64,000 nucleotides of DNA. Source: a virus. A program made the position numbers and the translations under genes. Of the stretch, positions 22,001 to 31,000 are shown piece by piece. Each line of letters begins with the position of its first letter. Position 1 is the stretch's first letter. The notes under the pieces were generated by a model that saw nothing but the letters and a program-made list of their open reading frames with translations, did not search any database and was not told where the DNA came from. The DNA is taken from the IMG/VR virus record IMGVR_UViG_3300009156_000026, positions 37,734-101,733 of that record. The stretch is one strand, 5' to 3'.

Positions 22001-25000
22001 CAGCATCTGCTTGGCTTCGGGGAGATGCCGACCCTCGATGCGCGGGCCTTGAACACCTGGATCACGGGTCAGGGCGACATCCGAGGGATGGACACCGAGG
22101 CCGCCCAGATCGCCCGGCTGATGAACCAGCACTACGCGGCCGACGCGACGGGGATCCTGACATTAGCCCGGATCATCAGCGGCTACAACCAGCTTCGCCG
22201 CTCCGGGTTCGCCCCCGACATCCCGAAGGCCGTCTACAACGCGGTCCTGCACAACTGGCTCTGGACCCGCATCAAGGGCCATGAGCGCACCTACGCCCCG
22301 ATGTACGAGGCCCAGGCAGCCCCGGTCGAGCCCATCCCCCAGACCGAGTGGTCGCGCGACGACTTCGAGACCCGCAACCAGATGATGGAATCCTGGATGC
22401 GCGACCCGTACGAGGCCGAGGATCGCGAGCTCGGGCCGTACGATCCCGATGCCCGCGAGGGCCCGTCCGCCATGGCGGCCGAGATCCCCTCGATCCCAGC
22501 CTACCTGCGAGAGCACGCCGTCCCGTTCGCTGGCTACGAGCCGAACACGATCGAGGGGCGGATGGAGCAGGTGCTGATGGACGCGGCCCGCGCCCAGGGC
22601 ACCAACCGACCGCAGTTCGAGAAGGGCGAGCTCGGCAAGCTTGAGCCGAAGTTCCTGCCCAGCCCGACCGCCACCAAGGTCGAGATCAAGAAGAACCCGG
22701 ACGGCACCAACAAGAAGGACAAGAAGGGCAAGGACGTCTGGGTCGAGAGCAACTACGGGGTAACGCCAGCCCTGGAAGATCAGCGGGTGGCGCTCCAGCT
22801 TGGGCGGCCGGCCTCGCGCTGGTACACCGAGCTTGCCCACTGGGTCTACGAGCGGGTCGGGCCCGAGGCGTTCGACGAGTTCCGCGTGATCTTCGGGGTG
22901 ACCTCCGCCCAGACCGAGCCGACCGAGAACATGGCGACGACGTTCGCCGCGATGAAGATCGCCCGCGAGATGGCGGCCGAGGGGATCCTCGACGACGCCC
23001 ACCGCGACGAGTTCCACGCGCGGATGAAGGCGTACCGGATCCCCAGCGTCAGTGAGGGGGTGGCCAACGTCGAGAAGGACGGCACCCCGAAGATGGTCGG
23101 CTTCCGGACCTACACCGAGGGCAAGGGCAAGCAGATCATGGACCTCTACACCACGGGGTCCGTGACGGTGCAGACGAACGCCAAGACCCCGTCCTACGCT
23201 GGCAACATGATCTCGGCCCTGATGGGCGTCTACGACCCGAACGTGACGGTCGACGTCTGGATGGCGCGGGCCATGAACTACTGGTCGACATCCTGGATGG
23301 CGACCTCGGATCAGGCGTACCGCGCATCGCACGCGATCTACAACTGGCTCGCGCGCGAGGAGGGCATCAGCCCGCACGAGGCCCAGGCCGCGATCTGGTT
23401 CCCGATCAAGACCGCCTGGGAGCGGGGCGGAACGGCGATCCGCCAGAAGATCCAGGATGGCGATCTGGCTGACGCGCTCCGAGACGCCGAGCAGGCTGGC
23501 CTGCTGCGCCCCGAGCTCATCCGTGGCGACCTCGCCGCGATCAACGCCGACGCCCGGGTCCAGCACGCCTGGGAGCAGCTTGCGCCCGTGATCGCCTCGT
23601 CTCCGCTCTCGCCAGGGCAGGCCGAGGCCGGCGTCACCGACATCGTCTACCCAGGCCAGACCAGAGGCCGAGGCGAGACCAAGGAGCCAGCCCGCCCGGT
23701 CGATCGGGCCCAGCGGGCGGCACTCCTGGACGTGGCCGAGGGACAGGCGCCGACGGTCGGGATCGTGGGGGTCCCTGACCGCGCCGCCCTCGGCTACGCC
23801 AACGGCCAGCTTGACTGGCTCGGCCAGCCGCATCAGGTGGTCCCGATCGGGGACGGGCTGATGGTCCGTCTGGTGGGCGGCAACCTCGACACCGCCCGCT
23901 ACGTCGCGGCCGAGCTTGGTGAGCGCGCCGGCGCCCCAGCGGTCTCGCTCCAGCTTGCCTCGACAGAAGGCAACGCGCTCGGCTACGTCTTCTCGTCCTC
24001 GGGGGAGGAGCCGATCGAGAAGGCCGATCTGGAGGCGATCTCGGCGCTGGTCGCGGGGACCGGCATCCCGCTGGTGGCAGATCCCGGCGGCCACTACGTG
24101 GCCCTGATTGACTCGCCGTCGGTACCCGAGGAGATCTATAATTCGACGGTCGACGCGATCGCCAACCTGGGGATCGCGGGACTTGAACAGGAGGGTTACC
24201 GTGGCTGGGCAGAGCATCTCCCTGCGGCCGAGTATCGAGGAACGATTCAAGCGCTTGGGCATCGGTTCGGCGCCGGCGAGCCACAAGATCTACCAGTCGG
24301 GGCCGCAGGTGGTGATCGTGCTGCCGAAGAAGGCGGAGCCGAAGCCCAAGGAGTAGGCCCGTCGGCCATGGGCGCGGAAGCTCCCTGGGCCGAGGGCTGG
24401 TCCCAGCCGACCCCCGAGGAGTTCCTGCGGATCCGCTCCCAGAGCGATCGCGGGGCGTACCTGTCGGCCTCGGACGTCGACAGTCTCAGGGGCAAGCGGC
24501 TCTTCGTCAAGCCGACCGACACGGGTGGCTACGCCGGGTTCGCGCTCGACGAGGACAACGACCTCCAGAACGTGTTCAACGTCCCGGGCCCTGACGGCCG
24601 GAAGTCGAAGGGGGCCGGGGTCGACGCGATGCTGATGGGGATCAGCCAGGGCGCCGACAAGCTGGACGCCTTCGACCCGTTCCTGCCGAAGTATTACCAT
24701 CAGTTCGGGTTCCGCGAGACGGGCCGCGTGCCGTTCAACGACGAGTACGCGCCCGAGGGCTGGGACTACGCCAATGGCCGCCCCGACGTGGTCCTGATGA
24801 CCTGGGACGGCTTCCACAACGGAGAGAGCCCCGATGACGTCCGCGCCAGGGTCGGAGGACCCAAGACCGAGTGGATCGCCCAGCCTCACGCCCGAACCTT
24901 CGACGACTGGGACCAAGCAGCGGAGGTACGCGACGGACGACTCGCTGACCTCCGAGGAGGTGCAGTTCCTGGACGAGTGCGTCCCGTTGCTGGGCCAGGA

Positions 25001-28000
25001 CGTGGTGGACCGGCAGTACGGCCTGATACTGGACCAGGGGCGGCAGGTCGGGGAGATCTAGCCGGGCCATCAGCCATGGTCGGACGTGAGGCGGCTATCA
25101 CCACTGGCGTCCCGCTTGACCTGCCGACCCGCCGTGGCTTCTTGCAGGCGGTAGAGAATACAGACGGCGCCCAGATCACACCCGACGGCCTCTCGGTCGA
25201 TCTGATCCGCTGGCAGCAGCCCGAGCAGGTTGGCGCCGAGGCTGGCCAGTCCGCCGTCTTCTACCTCGCTTCCGGCACGCACGCGCGGGACGTCGACACC
25301 TATCGCGGCACCTTCCTGGGCGACTATGGCGGCGACCAGCGGATCGCCGGGCCGTCGGTCTTTCGTCGGCCGTTCGTGGCGCGGGCGGGCGTGGGTGACG
25401 CTGCCATCGCGGCCTACGCTGCGCTCAATGGCCAGGAGGCCACCGATGCGATGCGCGGCCCGGTGGGTCGGCTCGGGGGCTTCCCGCGTCTCAGCCGCGA
25501 CGAGGTAGTCGCGCGTACCCGCGATATCTTGACCCGTCACGATGCCGGCCCAGAAGCCGCCGAGCAGATCGTGGACGCCTACCGCCTGGGTGCTCCGTTG
25601 GAGAACGCGGTCGAGGAGCGGATCGTCTCCCACGACTTGCGCCGCCGTGGGTACGACTCGGTCATCGGCTACAGCGGGGTCGGCCGCAACGCGCGCTTGA
25701 CCGAACTGATGGATGTGCGGGAGCGGACCTACCCTGATGAGACGGGGCAGACCGAACTGCACCCGCAGTTCGGTCCTGGCCCCTCGGCCATGGCGGCCGA
25801 GATCCCAGGCTGGGTACCCGTCAGCGGGATGCCGGACGACCTGCACCAAAGAGTCCTGTCGGGCAGCCCCCGGCTCCAGGCGGTCGCGGCCGAGAGCACC
25901 GCGACCTTGCAGGAAGCCCTGATGGAGGCGCTGGACTCGGACCCGCTGATGACCGACGCGGACCGTCAGGTCCTGCACGGCCACGCCAGCTTCTACACCT
26001 CCGCGATCGTCGGGCTCGCGACAGAAGATCCCGCCCGCCTGGAGGCGGTCGGGCTTGACTACGCATCGGCGGAGCTCGAGCGAGATCGGGCGATCGGGCA
26101 CCTCGAACGGATCGGACGGCTCGACGCGCTCTACAACGCCGAGGCCGCCTGGGCGAGCCTGTCCCCCCGTGACGATCCGAGCCAGGGCCGACCATCCGCC
26201 ATGGCCGGCGAGGTCCCGGTCACGCTGGCCGAGCCGTTCTACTCCAGGCTGACCCAGGTCGCAGGCGCGTTGCCCGAGATGATCGAGGGCAACCCGGGGC
26301 GGCTGGTAAGAGACAAGGCCCGCCCGGAGCGGGTCGTCAGAAGGGCGGCCCAGAACCCGAACCGCGAGGAGCCGCCGCCCGAGCGCGGCTGGATCATGGC
26401 CGAGGACGGAAGCTGGATCGAGCCGGCCCGTGAGGGGTCCGAGCGGATGGTCGAGGTGACCACGGGCGCCCAGGAGACCATGCGGCGACTCCGCGAGGCC
26501 GGGGCCAAGCCGGACGAGCTCGCCTGGACGGGCGTCGAGACGTGGCTGCGCGACCAGGGCGACGGCCCCATCGACCGGGCCGCGCTGATGGACCACCTCT
26601 CCCAGCGGCGCATTGTCGTCGAGGAGATGGTGCTCGGCGGGCGCGAGATCGGGCAGATCCACGTCTACCAGGACGGCCCCGAGGAGATCGTCGAGCAGGA
26701 GCCGTACGAGGTCGAGGAGGGGTACGAGGACGACGAGGGCAACTACGTCGAGCCGGAGTACCTGTACGACGACGAGTCCGAGCCGGAGTACCGCTACACC
26801 TTCCGGGCGGCCCCCGAGGAGAACGAGCTTGGCGACGAGCTCGTCTACGAGGCGACGGGCAACGACGACCAGGGCTACTGGGTCACCACGGTCGACGGCG
26901 AGCCGATCGGCAACGACCCCGTCGATGACCTGGAACGCGTCGAGCGGGCGATCGGGGACCACGCCCGCCTGCGGCTGGAGGAGCCGCTGCCCGAGGGCGT
27001 GGCCGGGCCCGTCCAGTTCGAGTGGGAGCCCGGGGATCCGTCCGCCCCGCTGGTCCAGCCCGGCGGCGAGGAGTACCGGGAGGTGCTGCTCATCCTGCCG
27101 TGGCGGGGCCGCGAGGAGCTCGCGCTCTTCGAGCAGGCGGCCGATCGCGCGTCCGATGCCTACCACGCGTTCACGGCCGACCACTCCTACGAGGAGCGGG
27201 TCGACGACCTCGACCTGCGCCGACAGTCTCTCGAGCTCCTGGATGCGGCCAACCGAGCCCGTGCAGAGCTCGACGCCAAGCGCGTGGAAGTCGAGCGCCA
27301 GCGGTACACCGGCAGCCACTTCACGCAGCCCGGGTCCTACAACCCGGTCGAGAACGTCGCGGTGCATGTCCGCATGACCACGCGGATCGGCCCCAACGGT
27401 GAGCGGCGGGTGTTCATCGAGGAGATCCAGTCGGACTGGCAGCAGCAGGGCCGCGAGAAGGGGTTCATGCCGAAGTCGGGCCTGCCGAAGGGGTACGCCG
27501 TCGAGTTTCGCCCGCCCTCGCGGATCGACCCCACCCAGGCAACCCGGATCGGTGGCCGCTTCGACAATGCGTCTGGTCGCTACGTGGACGAGACCGTCCT
27601 GGAGCCCGGCACCCCCGAGCACGCCCGCCAGATGCGGTCCTACTCGAAGTGGTACGCCGTGACGCCCGACGAGGCGGCCCGCGACGACGCGGCGTTCGAC
27701 AGCGAGGCGGAGGCGCGGACGTACCTGGAGCGCCAGATCGCCAAGGACAACCCGCCGCCCGAGTTTCCGTTCATGCGGACCGAAAGCTGGGCGACCCTGG
27801 CGTTCCGACGGATGATCCGCTGGGCCGCAGAACACGGCTACGACCAGATCGCCTGGACCACGGGCGCCCAGCAGAACGACCGCTACGGCCCCAGGCGGAT
27901 CAAGAACCCCGAGGCGCTGCCGAAGTTCTACGACGGGGTGCTGGTCACCGTCGCGACCGACCTCGGCAAGCCGTGGGGGGTCGCTCCCACCAGGAGCCAG

Positions 28001-31000
28001 ATCTCGGTCCACGAGACGGGCCAATTCGGACAGGTCGTCGAGCAGCCCGACGGCTGGCGGTACACCCTGCCGAACGGCACATCGCTCGGCGGGTACCCCA
28101 CCCAGGAGGCCGCCCAGGCCGCAGCCGATGCCGAGGCCGAGCGGGCGGGGACAGCGGAGGCGGTCCACGTCCTGGACATCCCGCCCCAGATGAAGCGCTC
28201 GGCGCTCGAAGAGGGCCAGCCGCTGTTCATGGCGGGCGAGATGCCGACGGGCCAGCCCCCGGGTGACCCCGAGGCGCAGTGGGACCGCCAGGACCCGCAG
28301 GACGCGACCGACCCGGCCCTGGCCGAGGCGATCGATCTCGACGGCGCGGTCCAGGAGATCGACGACCCGGACGCGTTGCCCAGGACCGACGGCCCCGAGC
28401 AAGTCCAGATGATCCTGCCGGGCTTTGACACGGTGCCGATCTCCGACGAGGAGTACGACCGCATCGTGGCTGCGCTCGACGCCAACGAGGCTGTCTCAGG
28501 CGCCCCGCCAGTGGGGGGCGCGGCCCCGCAAATATCGGCTCCGCCGACATCCCCGCCACCAGGACCGCCCGCACCCCCCATCTCGTTCCCCGAAGACGAG
28601 CCCGTGCCCGGGGTCCCGAACCTCGGGCCACCGACCGGCAATGAGCCAAACCTCGACCAGTTCCCGTCCTGGGCGCAGGCACTCCTGGAGATGGGATCGC
28701 TGGTCGAGATGGGCGATCCGAACGTCGGGATGCTGGGCGAGCGAGCGCGGCTGATCAGAGAAGTCCAGGCCCGCCCGAACGCCGAGGCGATGTCAGCCGC
28801 GCAGATCGAGGCGGCTGCCGACAGGATCCTGGCCCAGCGCCGTGAGTTCCGGGCCGCCAACGAGACCGAGTGGGCCGACGCGATCATGATGATAGCTGCC
28901 GGCCCGAACGCCGAGGGCCTGTCCAGGCGAGAGCAGCAGATCCTGGCCGGCGCGATCATGCGGCAGTACAAGCTGTTCCAGCGGGCGGCCGATCGGGCCC
29001 AGGGCCAGCGGGCTACCCCCTGGTCGGTGGCCCAGATGCTCGACGAGGCCCGCAAGTTCTCCGCGATCAGGGGACTCGCGATCACGCCAAGAGACCAGTG
29101 GGCGATGCTCGACGAGGTCTGGCGCTCGGCACCCGTGACGCAGGGCGCCTCTGGCACGCTGGAGGAGTTCCTGGAGGTGAGACAGGCAGCCCAGGACGCC
29201 GGCGACACCGACGCCGTGGCGCGCCTTGAGGAGGAGGGGATCGCCAGAGCAAGCGGGATGGTCGCACGGACCCGCCCGACGCCGATCGCGGGACGACGCC
29301 GAGCGACAGCCGAGGGCGAGCTCGTACGCTACGGACGGACGATGGCGGATCAGGTCCGTGGCGAGACCACCCCCTCCGAGGCGGCGGCAGCGGCAGCCGC
29401 CCCGGACCTGTCGATCCACCCGTGGGAGATCCTCTCGAACGTCCGCTACAACAACATGCTCTTGGGTCCCCGAGGCATCTTGAACGACTACGCCTGGAAC
29501 ACGGGCATGCTGTTCGGGAAGATGATGGCCGACCCCTTCTTGCCCGAGACGGGGGGGCTGGACCCGCGCGCCCGCTGGGCGATCACCAAGGTCGAGGCCG
29601 CCGCGATGGCTAGATACCTGCCGCTGGCGATCAGGCGGATGGGGCGGATCCTCTTCACGGGTGTCGACACCCTCGAATCCGAGGCCACGGGTGCCCCGCG
29701 TAACATCTCCGGGCGGCTCACCCGCCGGATCGAGAACGCCCGCGAGGAGGGCGCGGGCGAGCGCTCCCCGAAGCTGCTCAAGCTGAAGGCCAGCAAGGTC
29801 GGGGCGGTCCTGTTCGCGGAGCTCGCCGGCCGACTCAAGGGGATGGCCGACGTCGGGATCAAGCAGATCGCCTGGGGCATGGAGATGAACCGACAGGCCG
29901 CGATCCTGGCGTGGCGCGAGGGCGTCCACGAGGTCGACTCCGACGAGTGGCACGAGCGGATTGCCGAGATCATGGCCGGCAACATCGCGGGACCCAACGC
30001 CACCCCAGAGGAGCGCCGGGCGGCGACCGCGACCCACCTCCAGATGCAGAAGAACGCCCGCCGAGAGGCCGAGCGGACCACCTTCCAGGGCGACATGGGC
30101 ACCTTCGGACGCAAGCTGGAGCCGATCCAGCGCCACCCCGTGGGCCAGTTCGTCCTGCCGTTCTTGAAGACGCTCTACCACATCCGTGGCTGGGCCATCG
30201 ATTTCTCGCCGCTGGGGCTCGCTGGCACCGTCTACGACGTCGCTCGATCAGCCGCCTACAAGAAGGTGATGCAGTCCGATCGCGGCCAGCGGATGCTCGG
30301 GACCCCGAACATCCCGCTGCCGTTCGGGCAGGCGATCCCGACCCGCAACGCCTTCGGGATCCTGGGCGGGCCGTACCAGGACGCCTGGAGGGGCACCCAG
30401 GTGGGCCCGGGGGTGGCCGACCTCGACCGACGGCTGATGGCGAACATGATCGGCACGACCGGCTTCTTCTACCTGCTGGGGCTCGCCTTCGAGGGCGCGC
30501 TCTCGGCCAGCGGCCCGCCCGACGATCCGATCGTCTGGTTCGACGAGGAGCTCCCGTCGGGCGACGCCCGCTCGCTGAAGCGGACGATGCAGGCGACGGG
30601 CTGGCGGCCGTACTCGGTCAAGATCCCGTGGCGGGGCCAGGACTACTGGGTCAACTACTCGAACTGGGGCCCGCTCGGCTACATGATGGGCGCGGCTGCC
30701 GCGATCGGGGAGTCGTACCTGTACGGCGTCTCGGCCGAGAAGAAGCGGCCCTTGACGGGCAGTCCATTCCCGGACTCCTGGCAGGGCATCCAGGACCTCT
30801 GGAACGGGGGCGATGGCGATACCCTGCGGACCGCCCGCCGACGGTTCTTCGGGATGATCTCGGACGTGACCTTCCTGTCTGGCATGAGCGACCTCGTCAA
30901 GCTGACCGACGCGGCCTGGGATTGGGTGGTCCCGGAGGGGCCAGAGACGCCGAGCATGGCGCTCCGTCGCCAGCACGGGGCCCAGAACGAGATCGGGGCG

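Noticed and set aside
25070-28402. Long antisense ORFs (1110 aa here; also 5186-7261, 22163-24286, 32580-34715, 11993-13738)
   Set aside because: Shadow ORFs of GC3-rich sense genes; R/G/L/V-biased and without motifs or RBS.
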